NCBI GenBank assembly: GCA_965219575.1
Contig: OZ244779.1
Coordinates: 1,708,769 to 1,772,768 of the forward strand
From: Candidatus Oxydemutatoraceae bacterium
GTDB taxonomy: Bacteria; Pseudomonadota; Gammaproteobacteria; Poriferisulfidales; Oxydemutatoraceae
Reading direction: 5' to 3'
Length of the DNA stretch: 64,000 bases
Both the position numbers and the translations under genes were made by a program. Of the stretch, positions 24,001-28,898 are shown in pieces (the first letter of the stretch is position 1; the number at the start of each line of letters is the position of its first letter). The notes under the pieces are model-generated. The model did not search any database. It had not been told where the DNA came from and worked only from the letters and a program-made list of their open reading frames with translations.

Positions 24001-25553
24001 TCGGTAATCGTATTGTCGCTGTAGCCGACCAAACCGCCGATGTAGTTGACCCCGCCAACCGCACCGCTTGCCGAATTATCGGTCAAGCGGAAGGTCTGCA
24101 GACTATCGGCTGCGATAACTTCTTCGGACGACGGACAACGACGGCTGCCGGTGATGCTCAAACACGCATAGCCGATCAAACCGCCGGCATAATCGCCGGC
24201 TACCAACACATCGGCACTCACATTGTTGCCGACGATAGAACCGATGGTGTAGCCGACCAACCCCCCGACATAACCGTTGCCGTGTATGTTGCCTCTGATA
24301 TCGTTGCCACCGAGGATGCGCCCGGAATTGAAACCGACCAAACCGCCGACCCGCTCACCACCCAGCACATCGGTCGATGCAAAATTATCCGATACGATGC
24401 CGAAGTTGTCGCCGATCAAACCACCGACGGTATTGCCGTCGCGTATCACCGTCGCAATCTGCTCCGCCGCCTCGCAGTTGCTCGTCGCGCGGTTATCGCG
24501 ACAACGGCTTTCAAAAATACCGCCGGCAACTTGTTCCAGCAGTATATTGTTGTTGACCACGGTGCCTCTGTTGACGGCAACCAACCCTCCGACGGTTCCG
24601 ACACTGCCGATTACACGACCACGCACGACATTAACATTACTCACGATGCCTTCGTTGACGGCAACCAAAGCACCGACCTGCGACCGGCCGGTGATATTGG
24701 AACGCAACAATATCAAGCCATTGATTTGTGCTGTCGGCGCAGTGTGTGCGAAAAACCCGACACCGTCTACCGGACGGTTGATATAGAGGTTCGAAATCGT
24801 GAAACCTCTCGCCTCGAAGTAGCCGGAAAACGGACTCGCACCGGTGCCGATCGGCTGCCAACCCAAACCTTCGTTCCACTCCCGATTGATGCCACCGGCA
24901 AGATAGCTTTCGGCATCGCCGAAGTTTAAGTTCCTCGTTAACTCGTATCCCCTGCACACACCATCGTTGCCTTCGGCGTCTTCGGCGCAGCCTCGGTTGA
25001 ACAACGGCGCAGTGGGACTCGCCCTATAGCCACTTCCGTCCGGAACATATCGCACCGCATTCAAGTCCTCTAAATCGCAAATTTCTATCAAGCCGTCGTC
25101 GTCCACATCGACATCGACGGCATGACCACAGTTGCGATCTACGATAACGACCGAGACCGCAGCCGTCTCGCCGAAGCTGTAATTTGCTCCGCGTATCGGT
25201 TCACCGATGCTTAAATCTAAACGGCTGGAGACCGCCCTGTCGCCGGGGTCGGTATTTCTGGTGGGGATGCTCAGCACAAGTCGGGTGCTACCGGCGGGAA
25301 CGACGACCGTCCTGATACCCTCGAGTTCGTCGGGGACGAGATCGTTGTTGCCCTCTTCTTCTACCCTCAGAGTAACCGAAGTGTTTCTATTAGTCACCGC
25401 ATCGAGCGTTATCGCATAGTTTATGGTGCCGCCTTTATAGATCGCAGACGGTGCACTAAGAGATACGGATTGCGCAAATACTTCACCGGTCAGTAGTACG
25501 AACGATACGACGATAATCCAAAAATAGCTACTTGGCGGTTTCATATAAAGCAT
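1..25553 (-). CDS. Giant secreted/surface repeat protein (>=8,500 aa; GLUG-motif beta-helix + cadherin-like beta-sandwich modules), 3' end outside window
   Basis: ATG at 25553 (or in-frame 25544) gives MLYMKPPSSYFWIIVVSFVLLTGEVFA-QS, a Sec-type signal peptide. The same frame reads DLAGIDWQPIGRNNARF at the left edge and is open wherever I translated it. None of the listed minus-strand ORFs in 1-25.5 kb is in this frame, as expected for an ORF with no stop in the window. Repeating motifs: DxDxDGLIEIxxLEDL, YELxRDLDF, GWxPIG, FDGNGYTISNL, VGGLVG, SYATG, WDFGxxxQYP. Confidence 0.9.
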   Translation of the reverse strand, partial: MLYMKPPSSYFWIIVVSFVLLTGEVFAQSVSLSAPSAIYKGGTINYAITLDAVTNRNTSVTLRVEEEGNNDLVPDELEGIRTVVVPAGSTRLVLSIPTRNTDPGDRAVSSRLDLSIGEPIRGANYSFGETAAVSVVIVDRNCGHAVDVDVDDDGLIEICDLEDLNAVRYVPDGSGYRASPTAPLFNRGCAEDAEGNDGVCRGYELTRNLNFGDAESYLAGGINREWNEGLGWQPIGTGASPFSGYFEARGFTISNLYINRPVDGVGFFAHTAPTAQINGLILLRSNITGRSQVGALVAVNEGIVSNVNVVRGRVIGSVGTVGGLVAVNRGTVVNNNILLEQVAGGIFESRCRDNRATSNCEAAEQIATVIRDGNTVGGLIGDNFGIVSDNFASTDVLGGERVGGLVGFNSGRILGGNDIRGNIHGNGYVGGLVGYTIGSIVGNNVSADVLVAGDYAGGLIGYACLSITGSRRCPSSEEVIAADSLQTFRLTDNSASGAVGGVNYIGGLVGYSDNTITDSTTNDMEVSGNTHVGGLIGFYASERLADCSATEIGIDGSDNVGGLIGTVDQTGSVIINSFTSGVVVGNTAVGGLIGMNNEGTINDSYALANVTGVSNVGGLVGSAENSRIENSYATGDIRGSGFGVGGLVGYLFGGSIMFGYATGSVVGDNSDDPGIDNDVNDVGGLVGRADNGMIRSSYAVNPQVSGVDRVGGLVGRNGGTVELCYASSSVVGADRVGGLVGENSGEVRTAYAAGRVRRVIGSGDDVGGLVGINSGSVVRSYWDTTEAGITTSDGGRGIADLKAAVADGENVSDAFYLWSRNDWNFGSTTEYPILRDADGIALRQQFVRIATLAVNGGFTLVPEFDPEINNYYVVVGDNPAAISLDVAASDGDATFTVLKVGDEANPITVTGSDNDLSINLDATPAATKLIVARNYSVQILRSLAVSVTVDPSNRQVREGQTVRLNVASNTDARVPLSYMWRQTAPQMPLLMDGLDTGITINQPDFDLTIAGDFVASITETGRIATLRVELSDGRFGNRGVGSEQLVVAKVDNGSPVLAPLAFVNGTSLLHSPGFEEVIAADADGVGSIAEQGRLYQWQFSETGEADSWIGIDGATDATFDTTTHELGNVRYRLQIYYIDRQGYDNTLTAQTPTAIVDKDHDGLIELYDLEALNAIRYELSGSGYRESTATSEVTGGCPDSGCFGYELMRDLDFEDNDSYRNRHLNRALWTVSDFTASDDVGWIAIGDRSTPFTGTFEGNRNTLHNLQMNNAATGDKGLFSANSGVIRNLRIAGLEIAGSPSISQRLSALAVINSGAVVNCYVQGEITAAGTASNLIGGLVAENLGGEIINSGAFMDIVRSSNISSGLGASAILVGRMSQNGLIINSYATGRITSGMPHVAGLVGHVQASRIINSYAVADVTTNNSDNNAGTLVGSLENSSEVVNSYAQGSLNNPDNIGASVGGLVGFQRRNSSVSNSYATVRVVRPARSRINSPLGGLIGRLVAPSTVDASYWDTIAGGVSTSAGGSGKTTAELRTGIAQYSNTDGVYFGWNPDDWDFGSDAQYPVLKHAPNPDLTGQPACGTPDTPECGTLISPELRRGLRFLTAVNGTLSPAFTGGSYLGNIRVSASVSEIRLIATAFEDNADIDIYDANGTLLQSGLASGEPSMALTLTAGAPMRHLVIEVRSVQTVRQSIILNRVVVPDVVETRECSELSNFTPINTLEDLNNIRNRRDGSYCLLRDLDFGNNASYEDAATNRPLWWTRPMDFDDQTDFGWQSIGNDRNRFSGIFDGNGFVISNLQINRNAGNQSLFGSITGTVRNLGLTDVRIDAGSGNYSGALASANRGVIIGSYATGRIDGGNNIGGLVGAHLASGWIINSYAGVDVNGNEAVGGLVGVAEENTPNLIINSYATGNISAVGFAGGFVGVQRRGEIRNSYATGNVMGTTDGTRAIGGFVGEKLNNTVIRNSYASGSVSGRNQVGGFIGNLVQPNNANVLIADSYSIGSVSASGSNIGGFLGNSNTDGRVQNSYWDTQTSGLSNSARGSGLNTQQMQSPTAPSPTRYTGWSTDNWDFGTNRQYPRLRYARNPDSSGRRTCSDAGGDGLPVCGSLIAPKPSYDLNELSVFPGRFSPRLNFDGRLSDYRTHVVGVGADNIIRLIVGSEDAGARFLVLRGEDNTALVSEFGGGELSGEITLQDGENHIVVELTPSDPSARKRRYNFRLSYRVPRTPIEINTLEDLDALRNNPTGTYRLTGNLDFEDALSYRTRRVNSDWTVNDFGAAGDDGWQPIDNFTGTFDGNGFAISNLQVKVGDAGTSAVGLFGTIGVRGTVKNLILNDADVRASNSAAVQVAALVGHNRGLVLNSGVIASIVEGVGNTRGGGNHNYIGGLVGRNGLGSNDIAYIGNSFVVDSEIRVNPAVANATHHIGGLVGRNFYAEIYNSFVQATTVAGYCHVGGLVGNQFGPSSTIKNSYADATLASSTESCRIGAEGKLLGLVNGGVIENSYATGSAPAGVDLLGDQISSRASGFPPLIFNDSYWDSGMNAVGDRGRTTVQLQMPTAAVGLYENWSDEIWDFGSESEYPRLKYSAGPFGNVCDVAGAPDCGGLILPQRLYGLSALAVDGANLDPPFVPELLGYFGRAISTTPSNTVSLTPTIRGNGVVSIYSGDDEILLQADVASGSKSEPITLELGANRIVVEVDPRLPDIPILRYTLEFLYLDLTPRAEINYIEDLNNIRGDLSGSYRLIRDLDFLDPASYRIGFVNADWTVADFDDALDEGWEPIGSDGTPFTGTFDGNGNTIFNLQINREEQNQGLFGVIGSGGIVRDLGLTGAQIDGSDDVGALAGTNAGTVIGSAARGVVIFDSGTDVGGLVGEHRGHIINSHTSGEVSAVANVGGLVGNAIGGIVGGGVDGSGAMLNSHANVAVSASGGNVGGLIGYCTSCTARNSFAVGMVSGDNTIGGFVGGMSTSGGFNFVNNYAWGNTNVTGTNTNRASSGGFAGELDASGPEITLNANYSVGQARFTFSGQRSVVVIGAPSFSGAENYWNTDDGSSLSVVLALYTTLKGRSAAQLRAGVAQSNNQNGTYYLWSPDNWDFGNNMQYPILKYAQSTGTGVPLACDGTGLPRCGDVVAPQLRYGLRNLRLASGALNPAFVAPPQGSGSYTGITIETQVRIIPTAQTTPADITLYRITADGRTAIGSAIASGDTSAPIVLSAGVNHIVVAIDTSAYPDTIEYPLYLRTADPEEPDPVIEIDSLEDLNRIRNNPSASYLLTRSLDFLDDDSYENAETNKAAWTVDNFDDAGDLGWQPINNFNGSFDGNGFVIANLQINRNADNIGLFAIIPSGGVVRNLGLLDVEIKNGPRVIGALAGLNRGDIIGCYAVGEVSANREVGGLVGQNLASFDSNTGVTIHGSIINSHAAVNVVGIGRIGGLVGENRGSILNSYATGTVEGQFSIGGLIGVDTSNLFDASIRNSYATGNVKEISSSINSSIGGFAGRLDTPGTNITDSYATGAVATGIAVNVGGFVGFARRGRTSNVYSIGRVSGSGTPIGGLIGGFDTGGIRAGVRNSYWNTQTSGRATSAAGSGLTTEEMQLPTAANATAPERYTGWNLDYWDFGTDRQYPILKYRLNPRSDGPQSCNADGGDGLPICGSLIAPQLRYGLLEDILVVDGELEPPFHVSNHGSYSGRVVSSENPIRLQPIAFDLAAEIKIFEFVAGVKTQIGNTLAAGNRSAPIMLDTDDTQYLIVEINPSADGEPTVEYPLYLQYRSRDAVVEIDSLEDLYNIRNRLDARYLLTRNLDFEDDDSYDDLANKATWTVDDFDDPADTGWQSIGTDTARFGGEFDGNGFVISNLQINRSGAGHSLFGSITGTIRNLGLIDVDIAGEQDTAALVGANRGTVIGSYAVGTVSGTDHVGGLVAAHLRSGWIINSYAAVDVTGTDGVGGLVGIAEGTTPNLIINSYATGDVSAEGLGGGFIGEFNTGEIRNSYATGRVRVMDATFNEHIGGFAGQKSDNAVIRNSYATGAITGGDAFNVGGFAGNASGANTINNSYATGNVFAGGSAIGGLIGAGSGTARDSYWDRQTGGLDTSASGSGQTTTQLQEPTDQNAATGIYANWSSDDWDFGTAEQYPTLKYAQNPDITGVRTCNAAGVGGLPVCGSLIAPQLRFGLLQDLSIVDGELLPRFAVGQSNYSGEVLSLRDNIRLRPVALDSAAEIRIYLYDGTARRQLGDAFSSGDLSAPFRLKQDTIQYVVIEITPSVAGQPTVEYPLHLRYRPGVPIDSLEDLDAVRNRLSGNYVLTRNLDFADDASYDGTVFRAIWTVDDYRDATDLGWTPIGDADTPFTGTFDGNGYTIANLQINNDDNAMHKGLFGVIGSVGTVRNLGLVDAEIEDYNGNRHADDYPGVGTLAGMNDGTVIGSYAHGTVRGSRGLGGLVGRNADNGEILNSHAVCTVQSSASDSISGGLVGEDKNIIGNSYAAGIVRGQNSVGGLVGRSAFTPTTATSYNSYADSFVSGNRNVGGLFGSSYSNYRNLYTTGWVQGRSEVGGLAGTNNRGLYENSYGIGRVDVGGSLIGRLSNSNASLINSYANSDLSLRPLVNNISSGATIRNSALLSTAELQAGSAQSGNVSDVYYNWDNANWDFGNNTQYPVLKYAANTTGRSRACDGDGLPNCGAVIARRALIALGVSERRSRLVPPPDTRYRSYIGVVERDTPSANLVAVATDPNAQITFIYMDDAYNETGRSMPMTAVAGGVVSREITLSESTTTYIAIEVITPASDGRSGGVDRYNLSLRYRFGLFDEDGNPATIIDTLEDLDNIRNNSDGNYVLTRDLDFLDDTSYEDLANKALWTVDDFDDATDLGWQPIGTDSNRFTGRLEGNGYTISNLQINRDNGTLQGLFGATGRGGMVRNLGLIGVKIQGANLVGALVGANQATIIGSYASGRIVAGHRVGGLVGHFSSGLIANSDAAVNVVGRQRVGGLVGNGASDIINSHATGNVSGEQSVGGLVGVYANSEIGNSYASGRVRVIEATINRYIGGLVGEKSNNAVIRNSYATGAIVAGDASDVGGLVGNASGANTISNSYATGRVSAGGSALGGLIGTGSATARNSYWDSRTSGLDSSASGSSQTTTQLQTPTNQNADIGIYENWDPDDWDFGNTEQYPILKYASTATVTVCDGNGLPNCGDLISPQIRNGLRNLELVSGTLIPAFNAGSSNYLGGATTDTIALIPTAMHDDTVINIYLGSVDGTPDQSVVSGMSSMPIVLDRDAVNRIVLEIITGTTRVQYPLYINYLGDRVLADRDGNGFVELYYLEHLDAIRNNLTGNYELMRDLDFNDADSYLSGTVNSDWTVDDFDDDDGDDIGWDSIGDLRNRYTGEFDGNGYTIFNLQINRSTGAGSTFRGLFAATGPGSMVRNLGLIGVKIQGSTTVGALVGDNRGTIIGSYASGDISAEGAVGGLVGIHRGGLIANSHVAVNVLGEQRVGGLAGNGTADIVNSHASGNVSGEWNIGGLVGWHFNSEIRNSYATGRVDVINAGTNQDIGGLVGQKLDNAVIMNSYATGAVVAGDASDVGGLVGNASGANTISNSYATGRVSGSGSALGGLIGTGSATAQDSYWDRQTGGLDISASGSGRTTIQLQAPTNRNAATGIYANWSNTDWDFGSDMQYPILKYASINAVAVCDGTGLPNCGDIISPQIRNALKNLELASGELLPPFTAGGSGYLGTVSTDTVALIPTATQDGAFINIYLGSIDGTLHDSIDSGTIATPIILVEGVNRIVLEIIGSDNESVYYPLDLNYLSDRVAADIDGDGFLEIYYLEHLQAINADETTLADNYKLMRDLDFNDPNSYRSGAINQYWIANTTDTGWVPIGNETAPFSGEFDGNNFVISNLQINRTTTDFVGLFGSIGNGGAVRNLGLSNVRIEGGTHVGAIAGDLRGGGRIVNSYATGIISGNFNVGGLVGNIGFFTTEPNDTRPDPANTGIIVNSRSSVAVEARNYNGGGILGRCNGCTILNSFAVGSVTNNSELEPFSIRGNGGFVGQMGETTGGRFNIDQAINISNNYAWGDLIFRIGRVNPGTFVGAGTLQKAIVNANYASGRAIQNDELIPSPFIASPLTVPARTVPNYYADDITPDIIDDTDQNLPINAFEKTAQQLRSPTEPGTTPTDVYYRWSEDNWDFGTAEQYPTLKYTAATDVLGSPACRSAEDTASPRLPVCGRLIAPKLRYGLSALDTARNIQLSPPFDAAALHIDGIYSGTVRNDTPELVLIATTLKSSAYSIYVNGSVLPGSTRIDSGAPSGVIPLNADGITEVVVEVHGTEPVRYTLNLDYVPATSVDTDHDGLVDINYLEDLATLNFNTPQDTEIGYKAAPDAEPNAFGCPGGICRGYELMRDLDFDDPNSYRSGAINQDWRVSEFDRLGNDPLGWVPIGTDAGPFTGEFEGNSYAISNLQINRITTDFVGLFGAIDNGGAVRNLGVANVNITALRHVGAIAGDLRGGGRIANSYATGLVGGSLNVGGLVGNIGFYTPVFANTRSEPANTGIIVNSRSSVAVRVFSYNGGGILGRCNGCTVLNSFAVGSVTNNNLGSIANVFGTGGFVGQTGELTRGAFSGEQAINISNNYTRGNLIFASGNSQPGTFLGAGNIIGVILNANYALDEQTTAEFANSFARFTRIDSTMPNYWHSGLNSSTILDQTLFSAFERTAQQLREPIKPGTTPTDVYYLWREENWDFGTAEQYPILKYTSATDVLGRPACLSAKDSTSDTTSPRLPVCGTLIAPKVRYGLKSLVAQGATELSPPFDATAQNVGGAYFGTFGSATPELVLIGTTQESSATYSIYVNGTLTADNTDIDSGDASGVIALSRFDVNEIVVEVKGAETVHYTLYLRLENRMLADRDGDGFTEIYYLDHLHAIAASTTTLAGQYELMRDLNFDDPNSYLSGEINPDWRVPSFNFVTVNQGWLPIGNETTPFTGEFDGNGYAIYNLQINSISLNIIGLFGSIDGGAVRNLGVANVTIQANGRVGALAGDLRGGGRIVNSYATGIISGNVNVGGLVGNIGFFTTVPEDTRPDGANAGIIVNSRSSVEVGVRFSNGGGILGRCNGCTILNSFAVGSVTNSALRSTIPTRFGIGGFVGQIGETFGLRSDANQAINISNNYAWGDLFYRSIVAAQPGLFMGSGVLGEAIINANYALGNLFDNNRLDPPEFLALRAHMVNPTSTVPNYNRSANPMFKMNVINLINAFEGTAQQLREPTKPSTTDTAVYYRWRKDNWDFGNDMQYPTLKYTAATDILGSSACLSAADSAADPTSRLPVCGTLIAPKLRWGLESLVPLGDAGMDPPFDADALHIGSAYFGTVRNVAPQIALRATTLESSATYSVYVNDMLTDENTNIASGDPSGTIDLRSDGITEVVVEVNGNGTVRYTLYLEYQPVAPLPAVDADRDGLVEINYLEELAMLRLNLAGGEVGYRLTADDPLRVLGCPNRVCRGYELMRDLDFNDPSSYRSGAINRSWVVHDFAVTTDTGWTPIGGFQPPGINTPRLRFTAEFDGNGYTISNLQINRDGRNYVGLFGNIGSEGVLGNRGAVRNLGLPDVRIEGGTRVGAIAGNLRGGGRIANSYATGRVEGNINVGGLVGNIGFYTTTFADTRPEPANTGIIVNSRSSVAVQVFNYNGGGILGRCNGCTVLNSFAVGSVTNNNLGNIASVFGTGGFVGQTGELTRGTFSGEQAINISNNYTRGNLIFASGNSQPGTFLGAGNIIGVILNANYALDEQTTAEFANFSVRFTRIDSTMPNYWHSGLNSSTILDQTLFSAFARTSQRLRAATEPGTTATGVYYLWSKDNWDFGTPEQYPTLKYTAATDILGSSACLSAADSAADPTSRLPVCGTLIAPKTRYGLSALTARYAQLTEPFDDTLLDIGGAYRTTVLNDTPRVQLVATTREATATYSVYVGDTPISENINSDAPSGVIPLNADGTTEVVIVVHGTRTVRYTVYLDYRFETPIDADNDGLVDLHYLEDVAMVRFNFQKEIGYRTARDGELDTVGCPNGVCRGYELMRDLDFDDPASYREPATNRPIWTTRRWEFVDLSNAVFKGNGYAISNLSVLDASDLIALFAIVSDSDIDGLGLVNVDINSTIAVAMAASLTRSTIRNSYVIGDLSGEDVAPFSAFFAKSSLSNSYFIGTLRSSIRFVPEQPAFVHGLVLSNYSDSIGSESIENSRAIGRIETTIENELINTAMLGANLDRSLNIGNSYASMLMTRVGVAQGNLSNSLGVVTNSYFDRDIAGVDVPASRARSGAELRATTMTGIFAAWDADDWDFGGAGQSPVIKYNSDECQRARHDNPLCGKILPYQGSLMKRFELLDNAGLSRPFDFATFNDYEIVVGADQQGLRFVAEAFAPNADIVVYKTTTDTEVLRVKSGTDTPLIALDTGGDTLLDVVVEEGEDRKSYRYRFSVSRLNEPIDLAAIDGDNDGLIDVATPEQLNAMRHSLDGRFYRAGGTSNSTRIYCRSGCRGYELTADIDLAGIDWQPIGRNNARFDA

Positions 25554-25699
25554 CTCATAGGCATAAAATTGATGAAAAGATTATAACACCCTCTAAATAA
25601 TATCCCGAAAATTATCGATAGAATATTGCTGTGTGCCCGAGATTATTATCCTTAATAGAACCGCCGGTTGAGCCGATAGGTCAATCGACCGGTGCCATG

Positions 25700-26320
25700 C
25701 TAGATGCAGTCGGTTATTTTTTTGATTAGCTTTTTCATGCTTTGATCTTTGATCTTCATCGAGGCTTTGTTTGCAATCAATCGGGCACTGATGTCTCTGA
25801 TTTTTTCAAACTCTTGCAAACCGTTCGCGGCGAGGGTTTTGCCGGTATCGACCAAATCAACTATTAAATCGGCAAGTCCTAAAACCGGTGCCATTTCCAT
25901 CGAACCGTATAATTTTATAATGCCGACTTGGCGATTGTGTTCGGCAAAATATCGTTTTGCCGAAACACAATATTTGGTTGCCACTCGGGGACGGTACTTC
26001 GGTTGTCGATCGGGCAAACCGGCAACCGATAGACGGCATTTTGCGATCCCTAGATTGCATAACTCGTAGATGCCGCTACTCTCTTCTTCCATCAGCATGT
26101 CTTTGCCGACTATGCCGAGGTCGGCAGCACCGTACTCTACATAGGTAACGACATCGGCGGCACGCAATACTACAAATTCCATCTTTCGGTCTTTGCTTAG
26201 CAATATCAATTTGCGCTCGTCGCCGGAACCGTTTTGTAGACCCAGACCGGCGCGCTCGAGCAACGGCAATGTCGCTTCGAGCAATCGTCCTTTGCCTAAG
26301 GCAATTCTAAGTGCGGTCAT
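25700..26320 (-). CDS. hisG: ATP phosphoribosyltransferase, short form
   Basis: IALGKGRL, DVVTYVEYGAADLGIVGKD, RVATKY, KLYGSMEMAP, DLVDTGKTLAANGL; 206 aa (HisZ-dependent short form); downstream of murA. Confidence 0.95.
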   Translation of the reverse strand: MTALRIALGKGRLLEATLPLLERAGLGLQNGSGDERKLILLSKDRKMEFVVLRAADVVTYVEYGAADLGIVGKDMLMEEESSGIYELCNLGIAKCRLSVAGLPDRQPKYRPRVATKYCVSAKRYFAEHNRQVGIIKLYGSMEMAPVLGLADLIVDLVDTGKTLAANGLQEFEKIRDISARLIANKASMKIKDQSMKKLIKKITDCI

Positions 26321-26323
26321 AAT

Positions 26324-26597
26324 GGAACTATTAAAAAAGTGTGGGCATCACTAAAATCCAATCGCTTGCGCCCACATAATTACGCAAACCACCTGCAGAG
26401 GTAGGCGGACATGCAAGTCCGTCCCTACTATGTCTGCCCTAAAGTACCGTTTCGCACAGTCATAACCACTTGCGCGGTATGGTTTTGGTTTCCATAAATT
26501 GGATGTATAAATGTATAAATCGTGCAGATGCAACGCGTTAACGGGCGGACATGCAAGTCCGCCCCTACGGTTCATAAAATACTTTTTCAACATTCCC
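26324..26597. mobile_element. REP-bearing MITE copy between murA and hisG
   Basis: Degenerate terminal IRs GGAACTATTAAAAAAG / CTTTTTCAACATTCCC, ATAAT on both flanks, REP hairpin at 26543-26568. Confidence 0.75.
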
Positions 26598-26614
26598 ATA
26601 ATCTTTCCTTCGGT

Positions 26615-27895
<1,281 letters not shown>

Positions 27896-28543
27896 CTAAA
27901 GGCTTTGGGCGTCTCGGCTTAAGCGTGCTATCAATGCATCCAAGCCTTTATCCTTAATCTCCAAATCAAAGTTCTGTCTAAACTGTTTACCTACACCCAA
28001 ACCGTCGACTATCAAGTCAAAAATCACCCATCTGTTTTCCTTGAACAACATGGCATAGTTGATCGACACGGGTGCTTGCCCGCCGACGAAAAATAGCATC
28101 GTTTTTACTATTTGATAGCGGGCATCTTCGACGGTTTCGGGCATCGGATAATCAATCTTCTCTACTTTGGAAAGTAGCAACAGAGATTTCCCGTAGCTGC
28201 GTACCATTGTTCTACGCAGGGCATCGGTAAACGATCGGCGTTGTGTCTCGGAGGCACCATTCCAGTGAGAACCCAAAGTTAATTTGGAAAACAATTCCAT
28301 ATCAACCGCAGCGAGTATACGCCGATCTATCAGGTCGTATAGTTTTTCGGTATCGTTTTGGTAAGTCGCTTTGTTGATTTTAATCTCGGAAATGACGCTG
28401 TCGACCATAAAGGATAAAAAGTCTTTTGCGTCCCGGTAGCTTTGGGCGAATACCGGCTGGGCGAACACACCCATTAACAGAAAAAATATCGCGCCCTGCC
28501 TCACGCGTATAAAAAGTTCAGTGCAATAATTCATGCAGGTCAT
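27896..28543 (-). CDS. mlaC: MlaC/Ttg2D-family periplasmic phospholipid-binding protein
   Basis: Signal peptide, LGSHWNGASETQRRSF, WVIFDLIVDG...FRQNF...GLDALIARL; usual position upstream of murA. Confidence 0.8.
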   Translation of the reverse strand: MTCMNYCTELFIRVRQGAIFFLLMGVFAQPVFAQSYRDAKDFLSFMVDSVISEIKINKATYQNDTEKLYDLIDRRILAAVDMELFSKLTLGSHWNGASETQRRSFTDALRRTMVRSYGKSLLLLSKVEKIDYPMPETVEDARYQIVKTMLFFVGGQAPVSINYAMLFKENRWVIFDLIVDGLGVGKQFRQNFDLEIKDKGLDALIARLSRDAQSL

Positions 28544-28898
28544 TATATATGATAATGGTCTGTTGCAGCGAATAAACCCTGCGTGGAAAACAATGCTTGC
28601 ATAATAAAAATCGGTCGTTAAGGGTTATGTTATAATTAGACAATTCGTTCGGTTGAATAAGCAAATACAAATACCGAATTATAAGATTGAATTGAATTTC
28701 AAGCGTATGCACTCGAGGCGAGTGCCGCTTGCAGCAGATTTACCGATGATTTATAGGGCGATATACACATGTTGAATTGGGTGGGAATACTACTTATAAA
28801 AAATTCAAAAATGCGAATGAGGTATTCGTACAGTCTCTTTTGCGGGTTCGTAATGTACCGCACCGTGTGTTTGCCCGGCGCAAGAACAAGAGTTGATA

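Noticed and set aside
36-25419. About 100 short ORFs on both strands in the ORF track
   Set aside because: Antisense or off-frame shadows of the giant minus-strand gene; they recur with its repeat period
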